A stretch of DNA of 64,000 bases from a virus (Duplodnaviria; Caudoviricetes): IMG/VR virus record IMGVR_UViG_3300020049_004561, positions 7,593 to 71,592 of that record. One strand, written 5' to 3'. Below are positions 19,346 through 28,328 of the stretch, one piece after another. The notes below the pieces were generated by a model. That model was not told the origin of the DNA, made no database searches, and saw nothing but the letters and a program-made list of their open reading frames with translations. Position 1 is the stretch's first letter, and each line of letters starts with the position of its first letter. The position numbers were made by a program, and so were the translations under genes.

Positions 19346-19587
19346 TCTCCCCATCAGGAGTTCGTTCTGGAACACAGGACAGCATCCTGGTGGACGAGCG
19401 TGGTCAACACTACGCTAGGACAGAGGAGTATTTCATCCTTCGGATTCTGGAGCGGTTTGGTAGTCCTAAGAAACTGGTCCAGTACTTTGAGGATTTCTAT
19501 GAGATTCCCGAAGAGTGGTTATCACATCTGATGGCTTACGAACTTATCAGACAATCTGAAGAAGCAGCCTTCGCAGGAGTTAGATAA
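19324..19587 (+). CDS. -1 frameshift extension (GT-like) of the tail assembly chaperone
   Basis: The -1 frame is open 19324-19587 with no SD before GTG 19390; T5 run GACTTTTTAG at the junction. Confidence 0.55.
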   Translation, partial: GSQEDFLVSPSGVRSGTQDSILVDERGQHYARTEEYFILRILERFGSPKKLVQYFEDFYEIPEEWLSHLMAYELIRQSEEAAFAGVR

Positions 19588-19916
19588 TGCCGATCATCAG
19601 TAGTCTTGATAGCATGGGTGACGGTACTCCTATTACGGAGGCTCAGATTCATGCTTTCTTGAACAAACTCACCTTAAAGCTGTTCAACCTGGAACACGGT
19701 GACGGGGTTCAGGGGGCAATCGACTATGAAGAGTTCGGACCAACCGGACACAGGGTGTACTTCTCAAGCTCTCTTAGGGAGATGAGAGAACTGCACGCCT
19801 ACTTCAGTAACCTTCTGGCTAATCCAGAACTCAGAGGCGACTTTGGGTTCTACTTGACAGAAGCACAACCAGTTTCTCTCGTGGAGTGGGTGAATGATAA
19901 CTCGCGGCTTCAATAG
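19587..19916 (+). CDS. putative head-tail adaptor
   Basis: 109 aa; position after the capsid gene; IDYEEFG...FSSSLREMREL. Confidence 0.45.
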   Translation: MPIISSLDSMGDGTPITEAQIHAFLNKLTLKLFNLEHGDGVQGAIDYEEFGPTGHRVYFSSSLREMRELHAYFSNLLANPELRGDFGFYLTEAQPVSLVEWVNDNSRLQ

Positions 19917-19920
19917 AGAG

Positions 19921-20223
19921 ATGGCTTTCATTTACAACGGTCAGGATGTCGAGGTTAGGGTTCAAGGTGCTCAGACAGTGAACTTCACTACTGCAGGTGC
20001 CGCCATTTCCAGAACATACACCGGAGTAACTGTAAGAGCCTTGGTGGGACCGGAGATCAAAGCTAAAGAAGGACACACAAGAGAATTCGCCTTCCTGACG
20101 GCTGAGTATCCCGAGAATCCGCCACTGACAACGACCCGTGTTGTTTTCGATAACTTGATCTATGAGATTGTAGACTACACTACAGACTCTGTGGTCACTA
20201 AGGTCTTTACAAGGAGACCGTAA
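19921..20223 (+). CDS. putative head-closure/joining protein
   Basis: About 100 aa, beta-rich (VTVRAL...REFAFL...IYEIVDY); start MAFIYNG at 19921. Confidence 0.45.
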   Translation: MAFIYNGQDVEVRVQGAQTVNFTTAGAAISRTYTGVTVRALVGPEIKAKEGHTREFAFLTAEYPENPPLTTTRVVFDNLIYEIVDYTTDSVVTKVFTRRP

Positions 20224-20489
20224 TGAAGACTAACAAGTTGTGGGGAGCGTTGATCCTAGCACTTGCTCTAGGGCTTGCAATCATGGGCCTCACCGATGCG
20301 GGTTTGTTCATAGGCTGGGGTCTCCAGTCAACTTTATCTCAGCATGTTGCTAACTCCTTGCACGATTCTGGTGGAGTATTCATCTTCTTCATTGCTGGGG
20401 CCTTTGTAGCTGGTATGTTGGCTACACATTTCACTGGCTTTGGTATGACACCCACGAATAAGGATGAAGACCATGACGCTTGCAGATAG
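20223..20489 (+). CDS. small two-TM membrane protein
   Basis: Hydrophobic LWGALILALALGLAIMGL and GVFIFFIAGAFVAGMLA segments. Confidence 0.65.
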   Translation: MKTNKLWGALILALALGLAIMGLTDAGLFIGWGLQSTLSQHVANSLHDSGGVFIFFIAGAFVAGMLATHFTGFGMTPTNKDEDHDACR

Positions 20490-20703
20490 TGTCACAGCCC
20501 TGTTACTAAACTCCTGTCAATCTCAGGTAGACCTGTACTCGACGCTTGTGTCTGGTTTGAAGGTAAACAGAAGTGCTTCAGAGGTAATTGTAGCGTTAGG
20601 CGGTATTCCTCCTGTCGACCCTGCCACGTATGACCGATTGATTGCAGCGGCACAGGCAGAGATTGACGAGGCGATTGCGGTCAAACAGTCAAGGGGGCTC
20701 TAA
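20464..20703 (+). CDS. hypothetical protein
   Basis: 79-aa coupled ORF. Confidence 0.55.
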   Translation: MKTMTLADSVTALLLNSCQSQVDLYSTLVSGLKVNRSASEVIVALGGIPPVDPATYDRLIAAAQAEIDEAIAVKQSRGL

Positions 20704-21497
20704 TGGCTTTGTTGTTTAGGCTCCGCTCAACGGATAAAGTCTACAATGCGACCACAGGGACTACTGCGGCTGGCGATGGCGGTGCGGTCGGATCGTGGGA
20801 GCCAATGGCCGGGCTGATAACAACACGAGCCCTACACGCTTCTAAAGGACCTACCTATAGAGCCAACGATAACTCTAGTGGGTTCCCTGGATTGGAGTGG
20901 TCTGCTGGTAAACTGTTGACAATGGCTCACTCCACTGAGTGGACAAGCTGGACATCGTTTAGTTGGTTAGTCGTCATTCGAAACATGACCGCAAGCTCAA
21001 GCCAAAACCGCTACCTGTGGTCAAGAAGTAATTCTAGTGCGTGGGCTAATGCTGGTTGCCGCATAAACTCGGCCGTCTACAGCGACCCGACGTGGACATG
21101 GCATGACGCGGTGTACTCAGGTCGCAGAGAGTCAATTATTCTGCCGACAACCACGGCAGCCACACGCTACGTTATGGCAGGTAGCGTAGACTCTACAAAA
21201 ATCTGCAGCTATATCAACAGGCAGTCTAGTATCCGTAGGTTAGAGTCAGGAACTCTCGCCTTAGGTACAAGCGGCCTGACAATCGGCGAGGATTACGACT
21301 CAGCGGGGACGTACAATATCACCCAGGGTGTACTGTTTGAACTTGCGTTTTGGGATTCAGCACTTACTGAATCTGAAATGGCAACTGAGATTGATACAGC
21401 CATGACCACATGGGGCGTATCGAATACTGTGGCTCCTCCGAGTTCAGGTGGCGGTCTGATTCTTTCTCCTGGAATGTTTGGAGGTATGCGAGGATGA
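20703..21497 (+). CDS. LamG/concanavalin-like virion protein
   Basis: FSWLVVIR...LTIGEDY...GVLFELAFWDSALTESEM is the typical LamG C-terminal pattern. Confidence 0.65.
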   Translation: MALLFRLRSTDKVYNATTGTTAAGDGGAVGSWEPMAGLITTRALHASKGPTYRANDNSSGFPGLEWSAGKLLTMAHSTEWTSWTSFSWLVVIRNMTASSSQNRYLWSRSNSSAWANAGCRINSAVYSDPTWTWHDAVYSGRRESIILPTTTAATRYVMAGSVDSTKICSYINRQSSIRRLESGTLALGTSGLTIGEDYDSAGTYNITQGVLFELAFWDSALTESEMATEIDTAMTTWGVSNTVAPPSSGGGLILSPGMFGGMRG

Positions 21498-23167
21498 GTG
21501 AATATGTTTATGCCGGTCTGACCAGCCAAACTATCGACATCTTCCTGGCGGACTCTTCTTCCACTACTGGAGGAGGTCTGACAGGTCTTGTATACAATAC
21601 ATCGAATCTTACGGCCTACTACCGTAAAGGTGCTGCAGGGACAGCCACTGCAATTACTCTGGCAACTCAAACTGTCGGAGGTGCGTACTCCAGCGGTGGC
21701 TTTGTTCAGATCGACTCTACCAACATGCCTGGGGTCTACAGGCTAGACCTTCCAAATGCTATGGTGGACACTGCGGGGTTTGTGACTCTGTACCTCAGGG
21801 GTGCTGCTAACCTTGTGCCGACTGCACTGCGAATTGATTGTCGTGCATTGCCGACTGATGTGAAACTCTTCGGCGGTACAGTAGGAACCTTCAGTTCCGG
21901 TCGCCCAGAAGTCAACACGACTCATGTGGGCGGTACTTCACAAACTGCTCGTGACCTTGGTGCGTCTGTCCTTCTGTCCAACGGTACTGGTACAGGACAG
22001 GTCAAGTTGTCTTCTGGGTATGTCTCTCCCAACTGGGGAGACGTTGCAAACCCCACTACAGTGGTCGGTTTGACCGGAACGACGATAAGTTCAAGTCAGG
22101 TCGTCACAAGCGTTTCTGGGGCAGTTGGGAGCGTTACAGGCAACGTAGGAGGCAATGTGGTCGGTAGTGTTGGTAGTGTTACTGCTGCCATCACGCTGCC
22201 TACAATTCCCACAGACTGGATTACATCTACTGGAATCGCTTCGAGTGCAGTGACTGAGCTTCAGTCAGGTCTGGCTACTTCCTCGGAAGTGCAGAGCGTT
22301 GCCGCCAGCTTGCCGGAGACAACAGCCGACGCTGTTTGGGAAGATGTGGAGGCCGATCACGTTACCCCAGGAACGATGGGCGTAGCTCAAGGCCGCACAA
22401 CGGCTATCAAGGCCAAAACGGATAATCTCCCGACAGACCCAGCAGACGCTTCAGACATTGCCGCATCCTTCACGACAGTCAACTCTAAGTTAGACGCTAT
22501 CGATGACTATATCGATACAGAGGTAGCAGCAATCAAAGCAAAGACTGACAATCTTCCTGCTGATCCTGCTGACGCATCGGACATCGCTGCATCCTTCGTT
22601 ACGGTCAACTCGAAACTGGATGCAATTGACGACTATGTTGATACTGAGGTTGCTGCCATCAAGGTTGTGACTGACAAGTACGCAACAATGATCGTACAGG
22701 ACGGTGTGGTCTACCAGTACACGACCAACTCACTGGAGAATGGTCCAAGTGGCGGCGGCGGCGGCGGCGGTGGTAGCACAGTTGCTGTGTATCCTCTCAA
22801 CGCTACTATGCCTGCCAGGGTCTATGACCTCAACATCACGTTCTACAAGGACGAAGATGGGACGGTTGCTGGTCCGATTGCTATCACATCTCGTAATGCA
22901 AACGTCTTTGAGCCAGTCGATCTATCAGGTCGCACACTCTCAGTTCGTTTTGTCGATTACGAAGGAACTGAACTGCTGACAGTCGCTAACGGTGATATCA
23001 CAGTCAGTGGTGTTGATAACAATCAGATCAGCTTCCCTGTGACGACTGCATTGACTGGATCGGTTACTGAGACTCCTCAGGACCAGTGGCACATCTGGAC
23101 ACTTCACGACCTCACGAGCGGTGATAATGTCCTGATCGGTGGTAAGGCTCGTGTTCTTCTTTGTTAA
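21494..23167 (+). CDS. virion structural/fibre-like protein with a 42-aa tandem repeat
   Basis: Start at ATG 21494 (ATGA overlap); Thr/Gly/Val-rich; repeated VGSV; poly-Gly linker. Confidence 0.65.
   Translation: MSEYVYAGLTSQTIDIFLADSSSTTGGGLTGLVYNTSNLTAYYRKGAAGTATAITLATQTVGGAYSSGGFVQIDSTNMPGVYRLDLPNAMVDTAGFVTLYLRGAANLVPTALRIDCRALPTDVKLFGGTVGTFSSGRPEVNTTHVGGTSQTARDLGASVLLSNGTGTGQVKLSSGYVSPNWGDVANPTTVVGLTGTTISSSQVVTSVSGAVGSVTGNVGGNVVGSVGSVTAAITLPTIPTDWITSTGIASSAVTELQSGLATSSEVQSVAASLPETTADAVWEDVEADHVTPGTMGVAQGRTTAIKAKTDNLPTDPADASDIAASFTTVNSKLDAIDDYIDTEVAAIKAKTDNLPADPADASDIAASFVTVNSKLDAIDDYVDTEVAAIKVVTDKYATMIVQDGVVYQYTTNSLENGPSGGGGGGGGSTVAVYPLNATMPARVYDLNITFYKDEDGTVAGPIAITSRNANVFEPVDLSGRTLSVRFVDYEGTELLTVANGDITVSGVDNNQISFPVTTALTGSVTETPQDQWHIWTLHDLTSGDNVLIGGKARVLLC
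22403..22663 (+). repeat. two tandem 126-nt (42-aa) repeats plus a 3-codon partial copy
   Basis: AIKAKTDNLP(T/A)DPADASDIAASF(T/V)TVNSKLDAIDDY(I/V)DTEVA twice. Confidence 0.9.
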
Positions 23168-23175
23168 GGTGAACA

Positions 23176-23529
23176 ATGGCTACCATTCGAATTCAAAGTG
23201 GCTGGTCTTCAACAGCAGCCGCTAATCCAGGCATTACCAATGTTGACCACACATGGCTCTCTTCCTACGGCTCTGATGATCGTTTCCACGACATTGGAAC
23301 GTCTGAAGAGAGCATTACGTTCACAGACATCGCTGTAAACGGCTGGGTGAAGTTAGAGAACATAAACGCCACTAACTATGTGCAAGTTGGGTTCTCTACT
23401 GGTGTATACGGCATCAGGCTAAAGCCTGGGTTCTCTGCGGTGTTCTTCTTAGAACCTGGAGCTACCATCTACTTGAAAGCCAATACCGCAGCTTGTCGTG
23501 TGAGGGCGTCTCATATCGGAGCAGTGTAA
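23176..23529 (+). CDS. hypothetical virion protein
   Basis: 117-aa beta-rich ORF in the structural operon. Confidence 0.6.
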   Translation: MATIRIQSGWSSTAAANPGITNVDHTWLSSYGSDDRFHDIGTSEESITFTDIAVNGWVKLENINATNYVQVGFSTGVYGIRLKPGFSAVFFLEPGATIYLKANTAACRVRASHIGAV

Positions 23530-24086
23530 TGTCTGTGAAGTATGATGAAGAAGAACTCAGACTAGAACTGATGGACTTCCTGTGGGATGCTGCGGGAGAA
23601 TTCACCAACGAGTTCTTCCGTGTGGTCGACAGGGAAGCGCCAACTGAAGATGGTCACCTTCATCAGACCTTTGCAACTGCACTCGGCAATGTTGGTCTGC
23701 CGCAGGTTAGAGGCACTCAATCTGCAATGGCCAGTAAAGGGTCCAATGATCCAGAAGCTATTGCTGCCGGCTACGGCAGGGCAGTCGGAGCAAAGGACTC
23801 AGTGACGGTGACTGTTGGAACTGATCTCGGTTTTGTTGAGCGTCTTAATTCTGGAGGCACTCAGGAAGCAGACGTAAACGGTAGCCGAGGATACAAAGCA
23901 GAAGGGGCAGCGACCGTAGGTCAGCTATATGCTCCACGTTTGTCCGATGGTAAGCAGGGATTCTTGATGTGGCTGGACGGAGGCACCCGTCGCTATGCTA
24001 GATCAAGAGTCATTGCACCACACGGATTTTTTGACACAGCCGAACAAGCTGTGGTCTCTCTAGCAAAAGAAATGGGGTTTGCATAA
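23529..24086 (+). CDS. HK97 gp10-like tail completion protein
   Basis: EAPTEDGHLHQT and VTVGTDLGFVERLNSG resemble APvdtGxL...S and VGtnveYA; start MSVKYDE at 23529. Confidence 0.65.
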   Translation: MSVKYDEEELRLELMDFLWDAAGEFTNEFFRVVDREAPTEDGHLHQTFATALGNVGLPQVRGTQSAMASKGSNDPEAIAAGYGRAVGAKDSVTVTVGTDLGFVERLNSGGTQEADVNGSRGYKAEGAATVGQLYAPRLSDGKQGFLMWLDGGTRRYARSRVIAPHGFFDTAEQAVVSLAKEMGFA

Positions 24087-24583
24087 TGCCTACTGTCACT
24101 AACGTAGCCCGTAACATTCAAAACGGGTCACTTGTGATTAAGGATGGGTCGGCTACGCCTAAGTCCTGTACTGTTGCCTGTTCAGGCAACTTGAAGTGGA
24201 CTGAGACTAGGACTCTGATTGAAGTCATGTGTCGGGGGTCTATTGACCATCGACGAGAAGGCAACACGGCTGGCTTTACTTTGAGCTTTGATGCCGCTTG
24301 GTATCAGCTCATTGCTAAAACTGCCAACTCCGGTGATGCCGTCTCTGTTTACGAAATCCTGTCTAATCCGGGGTCGTACTTCACGTCGACTGAGGATGGG
24401 GCTTACTGTCTTGACATGGAATTCACTGTTGCCGATCCGAACACCACGAACGGCAATGATGAAAAGATTACCTTCCCGGATGTGTTCATTGAGAAGGTGG
24501 ACTGTTCGGAAGCAGAAGACAAGAACATGATCGCGTTCTCTGGACGCGGCAAGGTTCGTGCTCCTACCATCACTCGTGTGTAG
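24086..24583 (+). CDS. major tail (tube) protein
   Basis: 165 aa, beta-rich, before the tape measure and followed by a terminator. Confidence 0.65.
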   Translation: MPTVTNVARNIQNGSLVIKDGSATPKSCTVACSGNLKWTETRTLIEVMCRGSIDHRREGNTAGFTLSFDAAWYQLIAKTANSGDAVSVYEILSNPGSYFTSTEDGAYCLDMEFTVADPNTTNGNDEKITFPDVFIEKVDCSEAEDKNMIAFSGRGKVRAPTITRV

Positions 24584-24601
24584 TATTCTTCGGTTCTCCC
24601 G

Positions 24602-24639
24602 CCCGGTATGTCCATGCGGGCATACCGGGTTTTCTTTTT
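24602..24639 (+). terminator. intrinsic terminator
   Basis: CCCGGTATGTCC-ATGC-GGGCATACCGGG followed by TTTTCTTTTT. Confidence 0.85.
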
Positions 24640-24655
24640 AGCTTGCGAGGCTTAG

Positions 24656-27600
24656 ATGAGCAAGAAGTTTGAATATGAGCTGACGCTGAGACTGGAGAAG
24701 GCTGAGAAGTCTATTGCCTCCCTTGCTGCAAAGATCGAGAAGGACTTGGGCAAGGCTGTCGAGACGGCTTTCAGGGGAGCCAGTGAGTTTGATGTGGTCA
24801 AGTTCAGCAAGAACATTGGCTCAAGGATCGAACAGGATGTTAGTAGTGCTCTCAAGAGTGCGTTCTCAGGTAGTTCTGAGTTCGACTTTGGTAAGAGGAT
24901 TGCTGCTGGAATTGAGAAAGACGTAAGTCAGGCAGTTAAAACTGCCTTTTCTGGTAGTTCTGAGTTTGACTTTGCTGATCCAGGAAAGGCTGAGCAGGCT
25001 GCAGAAGAGGCATCTAGGAAACGCATTCAGCAGTTACGAGCTGACAGCGAGACTCGGAATCAGGTTGCTGATGAGGACTATCAGAGGGAGATTCAGAGGA
25101 CTGACGGGGTTGCTGCACACTTAGCAGAGAAGCGTAAGGAAGCTGAAGCTGCTGTTGCTCAAGAGAATCAGGACATGGCGAGTAGGGCTTCTCAGAGAGA
25201 TAAACTCGAAGAAGCTCACACAAGTCGTCTTTCCAAGAACTCTGCATTGCTCAAGGAGTACTACGCTACTTACAAGGACCCTAGTGCTCTCAATGCTATT
25301 CAGACTGTTGAGAAGTCCCTTGAGAGACATTCAGAGTCCTTGAAGTCCTCTGGGTTGTCGCTAACAGAGCAGAAGAAGGTGCATGATGACTACACTAAGA
25401 GTAAGCTGGATGCTCTTGATAAGTTGACAGGGAAAGAGCAGAAGGCTACTTCAGACCGCATTGCTCAGATTCGAGACACAGAGGCTGCAGATGCTGCGGC
25501 AAGGCAGGTTCGCTACACCGGTCACTCCGATGTGCTGAAAGCGATTGAGGAGGCTGAGAAAATCAATGCTCAGCAACTCATGAAACTTGAGCAAGACATT
25601 ACAGGCATGACTGAGAGGGAAGCTAAGAGCCGTATCGATGCCTACAAGAAGATGGCTAAAGCCCAGATTGACCACGCTGTTGATGCTGGTTACAAGATGG
25701 AGGCTTTGACAAATCAGCAGGCAGCAGCCGGTGCTCGCGGTGTATCATCTATCTTTCAGATTCAGCAGGCTGTCGAAGACTCCATGTACGCTGGTCTTCG
25801 TGGTGCTGGTAACAACATTGCCTTTCTGCTCACGTCGATCTCAAACCAGTGGGTTGCTATCGGTGGGTTGATTGGTATTGCTACTCTGCAACTTGCTGAG
25901 CACCTCGGGGTCTTCGATAAGATCAATGAGTCGATGGATGGCATGCTCTGGAAGACTAAAGAGCAGATCAGAGAAGAAGAGGAACTGGCGAGACTTCGTA
26001 AAGAAGGGTTCGATCGTGAGTTGAAAGATCAAATTCGACAGGCGACGTTTAGCCCAAAGAACAAGACAATTCCTCAGGCTCAAGATGCGGTCAACGATCA
26101 AGAGCAGAAGCTGCAGAAGGAAAAGGAGCGGTTGAGGGTCTTAGAGATTGCAGTCACTCTATATGAGAAGATTGAAGCCAAGGCCAGGGAAGTCCGAGCG
26201 GCTGAGGGTGATCCTGATCTACTTGGACAGAAGTTTGCAGAGTACGCTAAATTAGTTAAGATGTTCAATGATCTCAAGACTAACTACTCTATTGAAGGCA
26301 AGGGCTCGTTTTCAAACCCATTCGGCCCGAGTGTGAATCTGTCCGGTGGAGGAATTACCGCACTGAAAAATGAAGTTACGGATTTCCGCAGTAAGGTGGC
26401 CGACGGGACCAAGGAACTCCAGTCCCTAAACAGAGAACTTGGTGTTACTGCCGAAGCATCTAACAACCTCAGGTTACAGGAGAATATTCAGAAGGCTGCA
26501 CTTCAGGTTGCCGAAACCACAATCGAAAACGCAAGAGATGTGGTCAACCTCCGTAAAGAAGAGTTGCAGACCATTCAGCAGACTATCTCGGCTGCTGAGG
26601 CTGCACTCAGGACCGAAGAGAGGCGTGTTGAGGCTATTCGTGAGGCTGCGTCTGCTAGAAAGGATGAAGCTGCTAAGCAGGAACTCGGTCTGAAGAATAC
26701 GCTTCTCGACATGGAAGCGAATGAGAAGGCCAAGGCTGCCAAGGATAAGGCTCAGAGTGATGAGCAAAACATCCGAGAGCAAGTCAGACGTGCTAGACAA
26801 TGGGCTGAGCAGCAGGCCAAGGTCGATAAGTTCAATAACAAAGCCTTCAGCAAGACCAATCCGCAGATCAATTTTGACATTGATGAGCAGAAAGCTAAGT
26901 GGTTGCAGGGCCTTGAGAACTGGGAAAAGGCTCAGCTTGATTCTATCAAGAAGACGGAGCAGACCAGTATCGATTCGGCTAAGAAAGTAGCCGAAGAGGC
27001 TAAGAAAGCTAACCTGGATGCAATGGAAGCATCCCAGAAGCAGAAGGTTGACGCTCTAAAGGCTGAGGCAGATCAGCAAGTGGGTCAAGGTAAGTTTGGT
27101 GATGCTCAGAGCACTCTGGATAAGGCCGAGAAGGCTTTGAAGGAGCTTGCGAATGCTAAGGTAGCCAATCTCAATCAGAAGGACTCTGTGGCTCAAGGAG
27201 AAGCTGCCCTCAAGGATTGGCAAGAGGTTCAGAAGCAGCTTGAGCAGTTGGATGCTAAAAAGGAAGAGGTATCCAATAAGGCTCGGGAGGCTGAGAAGGC
27301 ATTCATTGCTCAGGAGAAGGCTCGGGAAGAGAAGGCTCTCAAGGCTGTTGAAGACGCTAATGCAGGACTCAAGCAAGCTCTCGATTACAAGAAGCAGATG
27401 AGCGGTATCCCGCTAATCAGTGATGCCGATGAGGCCGGTGTCGCAGCAATCGTCAGGCAGTTCGAGCGGCTTGTTGAGTTGAGTCGCCAGATTGTTCTTC
27501 CTACAGCAGTGCCTTCTGGGCCTTTGATGGCTCCGCAAATGGGTCCTACTGGAACAGGCGGTGCTGGCGTAGGTGGTGGGGTAGGAGGTGCTCCACCTAC

Positions 27601-27724
27601 AACCCCAGGACCGCAGTTCAACATGAACTTCAGTATGGGCAGTGCCACACCAAATGCTGTTGCTGCTGCAGCAAGCTCCATCGTCCAGACCCAAAAGACT
27701 CTGGCAATGCTTGGCGGCAATTGA
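24656..27724 (+). CDS. tail tape measure protein
   Basis: 1022 aa, coiled-coil and Ala/Glu/Lys-rich; central QIQQAVEDSMYAGLRGAGNNIAFL plus a hydrophobic segment; three N-terminal AFxGxSEFD repeats. Confidence 0.85.
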   Translation: MSKKFEYELTLRLEKAEKSIASLAAKIEKDLGKAVETAFRGASEFDVVKFSKNIGSRIEQDVSSALKSAFSGSSEFDFGKRIAAGIEKDVSQAVKTAFSGSSEFDFADPGKAEQAAEEASRKRIQQLRADSETRNQVADEDYQREIQRTDGVAAHLAEKRKEAEAAVAQENQDMASRASQRDKLEEAHTSRLSKNSALLKEYYATYKDPSALNAIQTVEKSLERHSESLKSSGLSLTEQKKVHDDYTKSKLDALDKLTGKEQKATSDRIAQIRDTEAADAAARQVRYTGHSDVLKAIEEAEKINAQQLMKLEQDITGMTEREAKSRIDAYKKMAKAQIDHAVDAGYKMEALTNQQAAAGARGVSSIFQIQQAVEDSMYAGLRGAGNNIAFLLTSISNQWVAIGGLIGIATLQLAEHLGVFDKINESMDGMLWKTKEQIREEEELARLRKEGFDRELKDQIRQATFSPKNKTIPQAQDAVNDQEQKLQKEKERLRVLEIAVTLYEKIEAKAREVRAAEGDPDLLGQKFAEYAKLVKMFNDLKTNYSIEGKGSFSNPFGPSVNLSGGGITALKNEVTDFRSKVADGTKELQSLNRELGVTAEASNNLRLQENIQKAALQVAETTIENARDVVNLRKEELQTIQQTISAAEAALRTEERRVEAIREAASARKDEAAKQELGLKNTLLDMEANEKAKAAKDKAQSDEQNIREQVRRARQWAEQQAKVDKFNNKAFSKTNPQINFDIDEQKAKWLQGLENWEKAQLDSIKKTEQTSIDSAKKVAEEAKKANLDAMEASQKQKVDALKAEADQQVGQGKFGDAQSTLDKAEKALKELANAKVANLNQKDSVAQGEAALKDWQEVQKQLEQLDAKKEEVSNKAREAEKAFIAQEKAREEKALKAVEDANAGLKQALDYKKQMSGIPLISDADEAGVAAIVRQFERLVELSRQIVLPTAVPSGPLMAPQMGPTGTGGAGVGGGVGGAPPTTPGPQFNMNFSMGSATPNAVAAAASSIVQTQKTLAMLGGN

Positions 27725-27749
27725 CAGACCCTCTGTGGTCCATTATCAT
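27721..27749 (+). promoter_or_regulatory. sigma70-like promoter TTGACA-N17-TATCAT
   Basis: TTGACA at 27721-27726 overlaps the tape-measure stop; TATCAT at 27744-27749. Confidence 0.75.
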
Positions 27750-27753
27750 CTGT

Positions 27754-27790
27754 GCCAGAGTAGGCTTCGGCTTACTCTGGCCTTTTTCTT
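27754..27790 (+). terminator. intrinsic terminator with a UUCG loop
   Basis: GCCAGAGTAGGC-TTCG-GCTTACTCTGGC followed by CTTTTTCTT. Confidence 0.85.
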
Positions 27791-27799
27791 GGAGTTGAC

Positions 27800-28327
27800 A
27801 TGGCTTTCACATTTGCACCTGCCCTTTGGCGATCTGGTTCGTACACCCCACCCAGTGGGACCACACGTACGTCTTCTGTCGGAGGAGGTCATCTGTTCTT
27901 CCTGCCTCAGCCGATCACTGCCTTCCCTATCATTGATGACTTCAAAGGTAAGGTTGAGGAGATGACGGCGAAGTCTGGTGGCAACGCTATGAGAGGCAAC
28001 AGGCATTCCCATAAGCAGATCAGCATTACCGGACTGTACGGTAAGCATACAGCAGGAACAACAAGTCCGACAATCACTGAACTTGATATGCTCAACTTGC
28101 ACATGGACTTGTTAGCCTTCCTGAATCCAACAGAACCAACTCAAGCACACGAGTTGTTCATGTACTACGATGCCGGGTCCAGCACCTACCGTAAGTACAA
28201 GTCCTGTTACAAAACAGGGCTTCAGACTGACATTGGCGATAACGAATACGCAAACAAGATTTTCAGGATGAACCTTCAAATGGTTATCCTTGATCCAGTA
28301 ATGTACACCACAGCACCGGGAGCCTAG
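27800..28327 (+). CDS. putative distal tail protein
   Basis: 175 aa directly after the tape measure; KQISITG pattern. Confidence 0.5.
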   Translation: MAFTFAPALWRSGSYTPPSGTTRTSSVGGGHLFFLPQPITAFPIIDDFKGKVEEMTAKSGGNAMRGNRHSHKQISITGLYGKHTAGTTSPTITELDMLNLHMDLLAFLNPTEPTQAHELFMYYDAGSSTYRKYKSCYKTGLQTDIGDNEYANKIFRMNLQMVILDPVMYTTAPGA

Positions 28328-28328
28328 T

